A stretch of 64,000 bases of DNA from the human T2T-CHM13v2.0 reference genome, Homo sapiens, in the NCBI RefSeq assembly GCF_009914755.1, contig NC_060947.1; one strand, given 5' to 3'. Below, one piece after another: positions 37,741-49,548 of this stretch. The notes under the pieces are model-generated. The model searched no databases, was not told where the DNA came from, and was given only the letters and a program-made list of their open reading frames with translations. The stretch's first letter is position 1; each line of letters starts with the position of its first letter. Both the position numbers and the translations under genes were made by a program.

Positions 37741-40700
37741 TTTACAAAGGCAATTTATGACCCTGAATCTATTATCCCTTCCACCTAGAGCACGGTTAAT
37801 TTTTCTTTGTCTTCGTGATTTGTTTTTTTCCCCCGTTCTCTGTGTATCTTCTTTGCTACGCAGTAAAGTAATTGCAGGCTGTGTCTAACTACAATTTGCA
37901 AATGGGATTTTGAAATGTTTTTCAAACATTTTGGCTCATAAAATTTTAACAAGTTATAAATACATGTTCTTCCTCCATAACATTTTTGAGGAATGAACAA
38001 TGTGTGCCAGGATGTTTGAACACCTACTGAAATTAAATGGATTACTACTTTCCTTTGTCATTTCAAACATATCCACTGGTAACTGTAATATTTCATCCTG
38101 CATATACCTTTCTGATGGGCTCCCTTACAGGATTAGCATTGAGCTTTGAAATTGGATCACTCTGCTGAAACTCATTTTTGGCCCAAGGGTCAATAGTTGC
38201 CCAACTCCTTATGAGAAAGTGCCATAAGATGTCCAACAACTAATTGCATCTCTCTTTCCATTTTATCCCTAAGCTTCTACATCCCTCATATCCCAGGATC
38301 AGTACCTTCTCAATGTCAGTAGCTCTTTCTCTAGCCTTGTTCCAGCCTCTGGTTTCTAGTCCTTCACTGGTGCCATTTTTCACCTTGGCTCTAAGGTCAA
38401 AGTCTCACTCAGATGACCACTGCTGGCCCTGAGGCCTCTGAATATTTTAAGGAGCCCAGACACTGCTCTAGGCCTCAGGCCATAGGGAACTGCAAGGCGT
38501 GTATATGGGGGTGAAGAGAACCTTTGAAACCTTAGCCAAGTTTTCTGGAAAGTGTCTTCTGGGACAATGAACCCCAAAGTGAACTTCACATGCTCCCGGA
38601 GAGGTGTGGCCTGATCTGAGAGATAAGGGAGGAAAGTACCAAAGCCTCTATTTATATTGATTTTTATTTTAATAGAAGGATGAATTAAACATGAGTAATA
38701 TGTAGTATCCAAACTGAGGCTCACCCACATCAGAGGATTCCTTATCACATGTGGCTCAGGCAGCAGGAGTGAGTGGCCCACTATCTAGAAGGCTCAAATA
38801 GGACACCCTTACTCTTCTTTGCACTTTTAGCTTAAGGGAAGGCATCGCCAAGTGATGCTTGTTGTGCATAATCTAGTTTTAATTAAAGTAACCTCTTCAA
38901 ATGGGCAAGTGGCTTAAAAATATTCCTGCTGAAACAAAATAGACAAAACCAAACCCCACAGATTGTAGATGATATTAAAATTGCAAGCCCAAGAGAGTAA
39001 TATGAATATAACAGAGAAGACACTTCTCTCATTCCCGGTATAGGCTCTAATCAGATATGACACATTCAATCACATCACAGTTATAATAAGCTTTTCTGGT
39101 GGCAAAAGGTTCACTGACAATAAACTAGGATAAAATATTTAACAAAAAATATTTAAAGTAGGCTTTAAAATTTTATTTTACTGTTAGCTCATCTTTTAAA
39201 AATTCTACATTTTAGCATATGTTTTCTCCCTGACTTGTTTATGAACTCTTGTATAATACCCACCCACATTCAGCAATTACCATTTCCTAGATTTTTTTTC
39301 TCTCTTTCTTTCTGTGTGTATGTTGTTGTGTTTTGTTTTGCTGAGCTTTGGAAAGTAAGGTGCAAACATCCTCACCTTTCACCCCTAAGTATTTCAGTGT
39401 ATATTTTCTGAGAACAAAGATAGTCTTCTACACAACCCAATGCCACCATCACATTGAATGAAATTAACAATAATTCCTGGTAACATAGAATGAAATTGTA
39501 CCTAATATATTAGTACAGTAGTACATATATATAATTTATACATTAACATACATACAATGTAGGTGTATGTTCAATTTGTTATTACTTTCTTAAAGCTCTG
39601 TTCTTCAAGGATTTTTAAAGAATGGGGGTTGGTATACTTCCCTAAGTGCCCCCACTCCCCCTCCAACTTCCCACCACCCTTATTCCAGCTTCTTCTTGGG
39701 CATCCGAGTAGACTGACAAGGTCCAGATGAATGTGTCTGCAGGGAACTGGCCCAACTTGTGTTGCTAGCTGGAATATAACTTTTGTTCCTTTCTTCTCTT
39801 CTCCATCTTTTCTGTCTTCTCCCCTTTCATCTCCTCTCCTCCTCTCCCTTGCCTCCTTCTCTCCTATCCTCAAGTTTCCTTTCTTTTTCTCTTGTTCCTT
39901 TTTTTTCTCTTCCCCTCCTTCCATCCCCTTATTTCCCCAGTGATTCTGCTCTTTTCCTTTTAGTCCCTCAGGCATTCCTGCTCATGTCTGACAGCAGAAA
40001 AGTTGGGGAATTATTTATTTAATTGCCCTTTTGCTGGAGCTCTTCACCCCTCCATGCCCTGTTGATCACACACTCAGACCTGTGAGCTATAAAGCTGAAA
40101 GCTTGTTCCCTCCATGCAGGGACAGAAATTCTCTCCTGCCCCATATTACTGCTCTTTTTTACCCATCCTGGTGGGAAAAACTAAAGTTTCACCCCTCTCC
40201 AACACTTTACCTCTCCCTGTTGAGCCAAAAGCAAATCCCAAGACATTTCTTTTCCCCAGCTTAGCTTCTGCAGTCTCTCTGAATCATTGAGGTTTTCCAA
40301 GAAGTTGGTGCTCACGCACAAATTAAAGCAATGAAGAAAAGGAGCCAAAAGATGGAGGACTGCTGGAGTAAACAACCTGAAGATTCCCAAATATTAATAT
40401 TCCCCAAATGCAACAAGCCACCCAAAGTTCTAGAACCTCCCTGCTCTCCTTCCTTTGTTCGTTCCTATTGGAGGAATACCTTTTGACTCTTCCTTAGCTT
40501 CTCTAACAGGATGTGGCTTTATTCCACTTCTCCCCAGTCTTCCCTCATCGATGTTGTCAATATTACTTGAAATTACCACAAAGACTCCTTACTCCTTTCT
40601 TTAGAGGTTCCTCAAAAGCTTGAGGCTAAGAATTGCAAGTCCCTTCTGGAGGGTAGAATAGCGAAGTGGGATGTGAGTTCTGTTTGTTCATTCAGTGTAG

Positions 40701-40929
40701 CACCTCAGTTCTTAAAGTAATGGGGAATGTAATACCTAATATCTAGAGGGTTCTTTCTAGTTATTTTGTTAACATATCCCCACGAGCTCCTTGTCGGTAA
40801 AGAATTGTCTCCTGTTCAAGGATGAGAATACTGAAGTGCAGAGTCCACGATTCATCCAAGACCATACAACTAGTTGGGAGAATCACCATTAGGAACTACA
40901 TCTCTTGATCCCAGGTCTGCATTGGAGCC

Positions 40930-41090
40930 CAGAGGAAACTAGAGTATATTAAGAAGAGGTGAAAAGGAGCATTGGAGATATTTATCCTGGAGAAAACAGA
41001 AAAGCATAACTGCAATCTGTTACATACTTAAAGATAACAGTTGGATTGGCACCAAAGACCAGTAAGTTCTCCATTTGTGGAGTAATAGCT
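40930..41090 (+). mobile_element. L3/CR1 remnant
   Basis: GGAGATATTTATCCTGGAGAAAACAGA...CATACTTAAAG resembles the CR1 3' ORF2 region. Confidence 0.5.
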
Positions 41091-41956
41091 CAGAGAGATA
41101 AGATTCCATTGCTCTGGGTTATAATCATCATATAAGCCAGCTAATAATTGCCTTACTTGTTCAGAAAAATTCTTGGTGCTATTCTCAGGAGAAAATAAAG
41201 CTGATGTTTAGTAGTTTTGTCAAATCTCATCAGGTAGAATTCTAATTTTAAGGCAGGCAATGTGTCAGTTACCCTAGAGACCATTTAGTTTGTTTAATTA
41301 TCGTCTTCACCTCAGTATTCTCCACATAGTATACATTAGGATTGCAGTGGAGTTTTAAAAATATTGTAGTGCAACAATTCCTACAGACTTCCGTAGGTAA
41401 TTATGGACAAATAAGGGCTGAAATGCTGGATCCTTAAAAATAAACAAACTGCCCATATTTGAATAAAAGACATACCTTTCTGTGGGCAAAGGTTTCCAAC
41501 CCAGAGTGTGGCAGCCAGCTACTTCTAGTTGCCAAGAATCTCTTTGACAAATTAATCTTCCCACAGAGAACGTTTTGTGACCTTTCCAATGTTTGTATAA
41601 GAAAAATGAAGCACAGATGTTTTCAGAAGTGGGAAACAATTGTTTGAGCCCCATATTGTCAGAGGACCAAATTTGTCAGTCTATTGAAGAATGATTTTTA
41701 CTGACTTAATGTGTAAAAGGGAAACTTCTCTCTCTCATTTGTGAGAAGTTGGAAATAAGAGACACAACGGCAAGTCACATACTAATCATCAATTAATTAG
41801 CAAGTATTTGCCGAGTCCCTACTTTGAAATAAGTGATTTGCAGAGCAAGGAACCTGGAACATTTTTAGTGAGACAGGAAAAAGAGAAGAGGAAAGCATGT
41901 AAGCTTCTGACCTCAGGAAAATTAAGAAAAAGTCAGGTAGAAAAGACATACCCATA

Positions 41957-42718
41957 GAATGTAAATTAGTATAACCACCATGAAGAACAGTTTGGAGGTT
42001 CCTCAAAAAGCTAAAAATAGAGCTACCATATGATCCAGCAATCCTGCTGGGTATATACCCAAAAGAAAGGAAATCAGTATATCTAAGAGATATCTGCACT
42101 CCCATGTTTGTTGCAGCACTGTTCACAATAGCCAAGATTAGGAAGCACACTAAACGTCCATCAACAGATGATTGGATAAAGAAAATGTGGTACATATACA
42201 CAGTGGAGTACTATTCAGCCCTAAAAAAGAATGAGATCCTGTCATTTGCAACAACATGGATGGAACTGAAGATCATTTTGTTAGTGAAATAAGTCAGACA
42301 CAGAAAGACAAACATTGCATGCTCTATTTGGGAGATTTAAAAATCAAAACAATTGAATTCATGGACATGGAGAGTAGAAGGATGGTTACCAGAGGCTGAG
42401 AAGGGTAGTGGGATAGGCGGGAGGCAGTGGTGGTTAATGGGTACAAAAACTAATTAGAAAGAATGAATAATAAAACCTACTATTTGTCAGCACAACAGGG
42501 TGACTATAGTCAATAATAATTTAATTGTACATTTTAAAATAACTAAAAGAGTATAATTGGATTGCTTTTTACACTAAGGATAAATGCTTGAGGGGATGGA
42601 TACCCCATTCTACATGATGTGATTATTATGCATTGCATGCCTGTACCAAAACATCTCATGTGCCCCATAAATATATATACCTGCCATGTACCTACAAAAC
42701 TTAAAAATGGAAGAAGAA
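41957..42718 (+). mobile_element. 5'-truncated L1MA (L1MA2-like) with long TSD
   Basis: L1 3' end; AGAAAAGACATACCCATAGAA at 41939-41959 and 42719-42739. Confidence 0.93.
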
Positions 42719-45700
42719 AGAAAAGACATACCCATAGAAAACTAGCAAACAATTCAAGATAGTGCATAATAAGCAGAAAATGAGAGGAGCTGATAATCTT
42801 GTCATAAAAGTCAGACAGGTTGGGAGAAAGAATGGGAACTATTAAGGCCTAGACTGGTCAGCAAAACTTCATCAAGATGATACTTAAACTGAAATTTGGA
42901 AGGATTGGATTTAAATGAATCAAGAATCTGGAATTGGGCATGATGGAAGGAGGGAAACAGGAAAGCAATGGAAAATTTAGGAATGAGGCATAGACTAGTC
43001 TATCTCTTGAGTACAATGAAAAGTGGACAGCTCTTTCTTTCAGAGGGTAGCAAGTGGGGAATGATCTATGTAAAATGATCTTGGAACTAAATCTGGTGAT
43101 AACTTTAAAGGGTTATCACATCTAATTGTTTTAGATAAGGCTCTTTTGTTGGCAAAGAACAGAAGCCACTCAAACTAACTCAAGGAAAAAGGGGATGGTA
43201 GTATTGTAAAATTATAACAGGACATCTCTTGTACATTCAAAACTAGTACATAAGCCAGAAACCATACCCTCTGTATGACTTAGGGCCACATTATCTCAGC
43301 TTCTCCTCTTATGTCTGCTTCATTTTTTTTTCTCTCAGTCCATTTACTCAGCTTATTCATCTTCTGCATGTTTAAATATGGCTGCCCTGATCTTTTCCTT
43401 GACATCAAAATCTTATATTTCCAGCATCTATTACTAACTATATTCTCTCTATTTTTCCGTTTAAATGCTTAAGAGAAAGAGAATCTCTTTAGTAGCTAGC
43501 CAGGCAGTTCATTGGCTGGTTTAGATCGGGTATCTACTCTAATCCAACCAGCCATTGCTCCTAAACAGGAACTACCCTGTGGTGTCTCCCTGCATTGGGA
43601 GCTCTGGGCAGAGCAATCTAGGCCAGAAGAGGAAATAGACTGATATGCTCCATGCTATACAAAACCATTAGACTTGCAGGAAACATTTTGTATGTTCTAC
43701 ATACATTTGAGAAACATCTGGTCTATCTCTCTCCCTCTAGGAAGAATTTACCCAAAGCTCTCTTCTGAAAGAACTGTGGTGTTCTAAAAAACATTGGTTC
43801 TAAATTGAATGTTGACTCTACCACCTCTTAAACTGAGCTTCAATTTCCCATCTGCAGAGTGGAGATAATAATGTCTACCTATTGGAGTTGTCTGGAATAT
43901 AAATGAGATAATATAGATTCTATTCTCTGCTTGGAAAAAGGCAAGAGCTTAGTAAATGGGATTTCTTTCGTTTATTTGCTATGTTCTGAACATACCACAA
44001 CAGAAAATTGTTTGCAATGCATTTTAACTTATTTTTAATTGCACAAGTGATATATTAATATGTCAATACTTTAAAGCAAATACTAGATATTATATTATTT
44101 CACTGGTAAATACTTTAGCTTGTGTCTTTTATAAACAAGGTCTTTTAAGAAACACATAGCCGCAATACCCTTATCACACTCAATACATTAAAAATAATTC
44201 CTTGATATCACCAATAGTACATTTATATTTGATTTTCTTCAATATTTATTTCACAAATATCTTTTTATTGTTGTTTGGTTTGACTCAAAATCCAAAAGGA
44301 GCCTACACGTTGCATTTGGTTGATATGTCTTTCAGTCAGTCTATAACCATTCTCTCATTTTCTATGCCATATATTTGTTGAAAAAAAATGGGGTAATTAT
44401 TCGTGTAGGATTTTCCAATTCAGAATTTGGCTGATTGTATCCTTATAGCATCATTTAGCAGGTTCTTCTATCACCATATTTCCTGAAGACTGGCACATAA
44501 ATCTAGAGGCTTAATTAGATTTAGATTCAAATTAATTTTCTAGTAAAACTATAAATGCTTTATACTATATTTTATATTTTAAAAGTTGTGAATTTAAAAG
44601 AAAGAGCATAGTTCCCATGGTATTTTGCACCTAGGAAGACAAGATTCCTAAAAGAGAAGGACGTAAGCCATTTACTCTGGTTTCTGACTGAGTGAATCAC
44701 CTTTACTCAGAGAGTTAGTGTAATTATGACTGCTATCTGCCAGAAAATGCAGATAGAAGTCTTAGTTATCATTTTATCTCTAACAAATTTATTAGCGATA
44801 TCTTTAGCCATATGCATCTTTGGCTGAAGATGTTCTCATGCCTTTAATTAAAGATACCAATTTCTTGCCTACATTCTAAGCTAGGAAAATGTTTAAAATG
44901 GCTAATGAATAAAGAAGATCCAAAAGAAAATAGAACTTTATTTTAAATTTTTATTTTTATTTGTATTTGTTTAAAAATAAAGCAAATACAGGTACATTGA
45001 AGCAGGACTGTAGTATTGTTCTGGAATTTTGGGGTTTGGGGATGTTTAATAAATAATAGCCCTCTCTTCCCTACCTAATTTGAGAACAAAAAGCCAGATA
45101 AGGAAATCAGAGAGACTATGATAAAAATAGTTGCATCTATGTCTGATAAAGCTGTTTGGGGAATGTAACTCAGGTCTATAGCAATAATGAACTTGCAGAC
45201 ACTCTCTTATCTTCTATATTACACTTGCCATTCCTCTAGACAGGGCCAGTTAAACAACCATAATCCTCCCTGAGCCCAATGCACAAGCCAGGTTCTTTTT
45301 CCCAAACTTGCCACTGAATAATTCCCCCTTCCCTGGTAGGAGGAGGAAAGTGAGTGAGGAGTCAGGGTGCAGCCAAGAGTGGTAAACCAATGGAGGTCTA
45401 ATCAACATGAAAACAAGTGGAAATAAGTATTCCCCTTCCCTGAAGTCCATGATATAAAAGAGTATCATAAGTAGAGTCCAGTTTAAACACAGCATTTTCA
45501 GCAATAAACACCCTCACATGTAGTTGGTCTCAACTCATATCAACTTCCACATTATAGTAGCTCATGTTCAATTGAACAAACTTTTGTGGAGTGTGTGCAA
45601 ATCACAGTGCTGGCAGATTCCAACATAGAAAAAGACATACTCTTTGCCCACCAAAGGCTCATCCTCTGGTGGGTTCTCAGACAGGTGTACGCAAGATAAT

Positions 45701-45747
45701 GGTGCCCTTGTCTTGTCACTCACTGTGCTAGAGACCGTATGGGGAGT

Positions 45748-46311
45748 GTGCAGACATGGAGATGTGCTGCTCAGACCTCCCTTGAAGAAGAGACTTGCCC
45801 AGTTGCAGGGGGTGTGGTTAGCTGAAGCCTCCAACTACCAGCTCTTTCAGGGTCCACTTCAGCTTTCAAGCTGTGGTCATGTTCTTTTGGGTGGTTCCTG
45901 CCCAGTGACTGAGCCAGGTGGTAACTGAGATCACATTCTTCCTGGGGTGACCCCATGCAATGACTAAGCAAGGTGATTATACATGGGCCTGGCAATTTCC
46001 ACCCAAAGCAGGACTTCCCCGTTGGGTAATCTTTGTTCCTAGGCTTCCTGTTGGGCTAGCGTAGAATGACCAGCTATCCCAGTTTGCTTGGACTGAGAGA
46101 TTTCCCAGGATGTAGGATTTACCATGCTAAAACTGGAAAATTTCCAGGCAAACCAAGATGTTTAGTCATCCTCGCTGGTGTAGACCTGAGAAGCTCCCTC
46201 TTTCTATCCTACTTCCTCCCCTTTTTCCTTTCACAGGTATTGCTCCTCAATAAAATTTGTATTTCTTACTTCATCTCAGTGTCTGCTTCCCAGAATACTC
46301 AACCCAAGACA
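45748..46311 (+). mobile_element. LTR16A-like ERVL LTR with nested MER81
   Basis: GAGATGTGCTGCTCAGACCTCCC...CAATAAA...CATCTCAGTGTCTGCTTCCCAGA...AAGACA. Confidence 0.82.
46062..46173. mobile_element. MER81 hAT-Blackjack MITE
   Basis: Palindromic TGACCAGCTATCCCAGTTTGC...GCAAACCAAGATGTTTAGTCA; flanks GCTAGCG/GCTGGTG. Confidence 0.82.
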
Positions 46312-46702
46312 TGGGCACAAATAGCTCACAAACCAGGAAGAACCTAAATACTTCAAGAGAAGATAAGGCTGAGATCAGGAAGGCAAGGGAAAAATCAATG
46401 TGAAAATTACAGGGATTCTCCTGGGTATTACTTTTTCAAGGGACCATTTATTATGCATACTTTGAAAAAGAAAAGAGGCATATTTAAAATACTCAACGAC
46501 TTAAGGTTCCCTGAAGTGGATCTGAATACGCAAAATGAAGGTTTTGCCAAAAAAAAAAAAAAAAAAAAAAAGCCAACCTCCTTGTCTCTGTGTCCTTTAA
46601 CTAGCAACATGCCTTGTTATTAATTTCTATGATTTAAGAAGAAAAACAAAGGGAAATTCAGCTTTTCTAAGAGGTATTCTTAAAATCAAGAGAGAGTGTG
46701 AA

Positions 46703-46900
46703 TTGTACAACATGGTGACTATAGTTAATAACAATGTATTGCACACTCGAAAATTGCTGAGTCGATTTTAAGTGTTCTCATTTTAAAAAGATAAGTATGT
46801 GAGGTAAAGTATATGTTAATTAGCTCAATCTAGTCATTCCACAGTGTATACATATTTTAAAACACCATGTTGTATACAGTAAATATATACAATTTTTATT
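46703..46900 (+). mobile_element. L1MA 3' end fragment
   Basis: ACAACATGGTGACTATAGTTAATAACAATGTATTG...ATATACAATTTTTATT. Confidence 0.85.
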
Positions 46901-46984
46901 TATTTATTTTTAATTGGCTTTAAATTAAGACAAAAAGAGAATATAAGCGGAATGGTACTTGTGGAGAGAAGAGAAGGCATCCTT

Positions 46985-47155
46985 CAGGGCTAGATTAGAA
47001 TGAGGCAAGTGGCTATTTGGAGTACAAAATTTAAGGAGGCACTCACTCTCAGGGTCACAGAGCTCAGAGTCGGCACCCTCAGGACCCGAAAGTGAGCACC
47101 TCCTTAAATATTGTACGCCAGGTGTCTCGCTTGCCTCAACTTAGTCCTGGCCCTG
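46985..47155. mobile_element. MER96-like palindromic hAT MITE
   Basis: CAGGGC...TGAGGCAAG...ATTTAAGGAGGCACTCACTCTCAGGGTC / GACCCGAAAGTGAGCACCTCCTTAAAT...CTTGCCTCA...GCCCTG. Confidence 0.85.
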
Positions 47156-47207
47156 GTATTCAGAATAATATTATGCAACTGATGGGGATGCTTCTTTCCT
47201 GCCCTAG

Positions 47208-47559
47208 ATACAAAGCCATTGTCCGGCCAATGGATATCCAGGCCTCTCATGCCCTGATGAAGATCTGCCTCAAAGCCGCCTTTATCTGGATCATCTCCAT
47301 GCTGCTGGCCATTCCAGAGGCCGTGTTTTCTGACCTCCATCCCTTCCATGAGGAAAGCACCAACCAGACCTTCATTAGCTGTGCCCCATACCCACACTCT
47401 AATGAGCTTCACCCCAAAATCCATTCTATGGCTTCCTTTCTGGTCTTCTACGTCATTCCACTGTCGATCATCTCTGTTTACTACTACTTCATTGCTAAAA
47501 ATCTGATCCAGAGTGCTTACAATCTTCCCGTGGAAGGGAATATACATGTCAAGAAGCAG
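47208..47559 (+). CDS. GRPR: GRPR coding exon 2 (ICL2, TM4, ECL2, TM5, start of ICL3)
   Basis: Acceptor CTTTCCTGCCCTAG|A at 47207/47208 completes AG-A (Arg), then [20 protein letters not shown]...[13 protein letters not shown]...HVKKQ. Donor CAG|GTAGGT at 47559/47560; 352 nt (413+352=765 nt, 255 codons). Confidence 0.99.
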
Positions 47560-49158
47560 GTAGGTGCTCAGGATTGATTCATTTCCTCCTTGGGGATATA
47601 ATCCCTTGCATTTCTTTTGGACCCCACTGACAAGCCATGACACTTGAATCTGCAATTAGATGAGGTGGGTGATGTGTGGCCAGATGCTAAATGGAAATGC
47701 CTAGCCATGGAAACCCAAGGTGTTCTTTATAGTCTTATTCTCCTGTTAAAGACCTAAGCTAGGGAGGTGTTGTGAACCTGAAATATTTCAAGTGTGGGTT
47801 TCTTTTGGAGAAATAATCTGAAAAAGAGTTGTATTTTTAAAATAAATAAATGAAGCTTTGAAGCTCATGGGGATGTGACTTCTTTAAACTCCAGTCACAT
47901 TGTTTGCCTAGAAAGAGGATTACCACATGGAGACAAAGCAGGAGGCTGGAAAGTGAGGGCAGTTGAAGAAAAAGAGTAGTTTGATTAGGATAGGCTCACA
48001 CTGATTTGGGCTCAAGTCCAAGCCGCATGATGTATTCAGCCTCTCTGAGCCTCAGTTTTCTTACCTATCAGATAGGCTTATAATCCCTACATTGTAAAAC
48101 TATTGGAAGAAGATTACAAGAGAGAGTATATGTAAGGCCTACAGTGCCCAGCATGCAAGATGCCCTCCATATGATTAGACTCTCTTTCTTATCCCCCATA
48201 ACACTCCATAATTTCATCCTTGAGTTACAAACAAATGGTAGAAAGCAAGGGCTCCGGCTTCCTCCTCTTTGTCAGTGCTTGCCTTCTAGCCCAGGTGTAG
48301 ATCATGTAGCATCTATGATGGAAAAGCAGAAACACTCCCCACTCCATTTCAGTGAATAGCTGACTCACTTGGAGACCTTACCCTTTAACGTTCATTATTT
48401 ATGTATTTGTCTCAGTTGTGGGGGAAGAGTGGCAGTTTCTAATGAAACTACCTTCCTACTTGAAAAGCCTCTCATTAGCCAACATCCATTGTACCCCAAA
48501 CTCTTTATGGAGAAACATGTTTCCCCTTGAGGTAGTGGATGGAGTTGGGAGCAAAAGGAGATGCCCATCCCTCTTTGCCACAGTCTCTTTCTATAGACTA
48601 TAGTCCAGAGATAACTCAAGATTTTAAAATCATAATAATAGAGAGTTATCTTGGTTTAGCCAGTGAAGAAGAACAAAGCTGGCTGCTCTTTCTGAGCATG
48701 AGAGGGAATAAGAAATTATTAACTGTGGAGAAAAGAAAGACATGAAGTAGTATGGCTGATAAACTGCACCAATGCTCTCCTGAGGAAAAAGGGGGCACTT
48801 ATTAGAAGTTCATGTTGCAGTCCATTCAAACATGTAATCAACTTTGTTTAAAGATCTGTTCTCAGTGGTATGTTCTAACTCTATTCTTCCTCGTGGGTTT
48901 CTGCTTCCTGGCTCATCCATTTCTGTGTTTCTGACTCTTTTTTTTTCCTTTTCTGTCTGTTTCTGTTGCCTTTCTCTCATTTTACTGGATTCTCTCTTGC
49001 CCTCTCCTATTGAACTCTTTTTCGGTGGCTTTGTGAACTCCTCTATTGCCCTAATTGTTTTTCCCTTTCTCTTTCTCTGCCTGAATCTTTGTCTCTCTGC
49101 ATTCTTCTGACACTGTCCCTTGGTTCCTCTGTCTCTCTCCATGTGATTCTCTCCTTAG
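47560..49158 (+). other. GRPR: GRPR intron 2 (1599 nt, GT-AG, phase 0)
   Basis: GTAGGT...CCTTAG; in-frame junction KKQ|IES. Confidence 0.97.
48020..48160 (+). mobile_element. MIR
   Basis: CTCTCTGAGCCTCAGTTTTCTTACCTAT...CAGTGCCCAGCA. Confidence 0.75.
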
Positions 49159-49548
49159 ATTGAATCCCGGAAGCGACTTGCCAAGACAGTGCTGGTGTTT
49201 GTGGGCCTGTTCGCCTTCTGCTGGCTCCCCAATCATGTCATCTACCTGTACCGCTCCTACCACTACTCTGAGGTGGACACCTCCATGCTCCACTTTGTCA
49301 CCAGCATCTGTGCCCGCCTCCTGGCCTTCACCAACTCCTGCGTGAACCCCTTTGCCCTCTACCTGCTGAGCAAGAGTTTCAGGAAACAGTTCAACACTCA
49401 GCTGCTCTGTTGCCAGCCTGGCCTGATCATCCGGTCTCACAGCACTGGAAGGAGTACAACCTGCATGACCTCCCTCAAGAGTACCAACCCCTCCGTGGCC
49501 ACCTTTAGCCTCATCAATGGAAACATCTGTCACGAGCGGTATGTCTAG
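49159..49548 (+). CDS. GRPR: GRPR coding exon 3 (TM6, TM7, C-tail)
   Basis: Acceptor CTCTCCTTAG|ATT at 49158/49159. Translation [24 protein letters not shown] (CWxP)...[10 protein letters not shown] (NPxxY-like)...LLCC...HERYV, TAG at 49546-49548. 390 nt; total 384 aa, the known GRPR length. Confidence 0.99.
   Translation: MESRKRLAKTVLVFVGLFAFCWLPNHVIYLYRSYHYSEVDTSMLHFVTSICARLLAFTNSCVNPFALYLLSKSFRKQFNTQLLCCQPGLIIRSHSTGRSTTCMTSLKSTNPSVATFSLINGNICHERYV

Noticed and set aside
39571-40022. 134-aa K/E/G-rich ORF and overlapping ORFs
   Set aside because: Derived from a CT-rich low-complexity stretch.
41797-42292. ORFs resembling L1 ORF2 C-terminus or its antisense
   Set aside because: Part of a 5'-truncated, dead L1MA insertion.
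47092-47207. N-terminal extension of the 161-aa ORF upstream of exon 2
   Set aside because: Intronic, MITE-derived sequence with a GTG start; the true exon begins at the 47208 acceptor.
47104-47655. 183-aa minus-strand ORF
   Set aside because: Shadow ORF antisense to GRPR exon 2; no recognisable domain.
49051-49533. 160-aa minus-strand ORF
   Set aside because: Antisense shadow of exon 3 plus the polypyrimidine tract.
49189-49548. 119-aa ORF as a stand-alone gene
   Set aside because: It is GRPR exon 3; the called start is an internal Val (GTG) codon.
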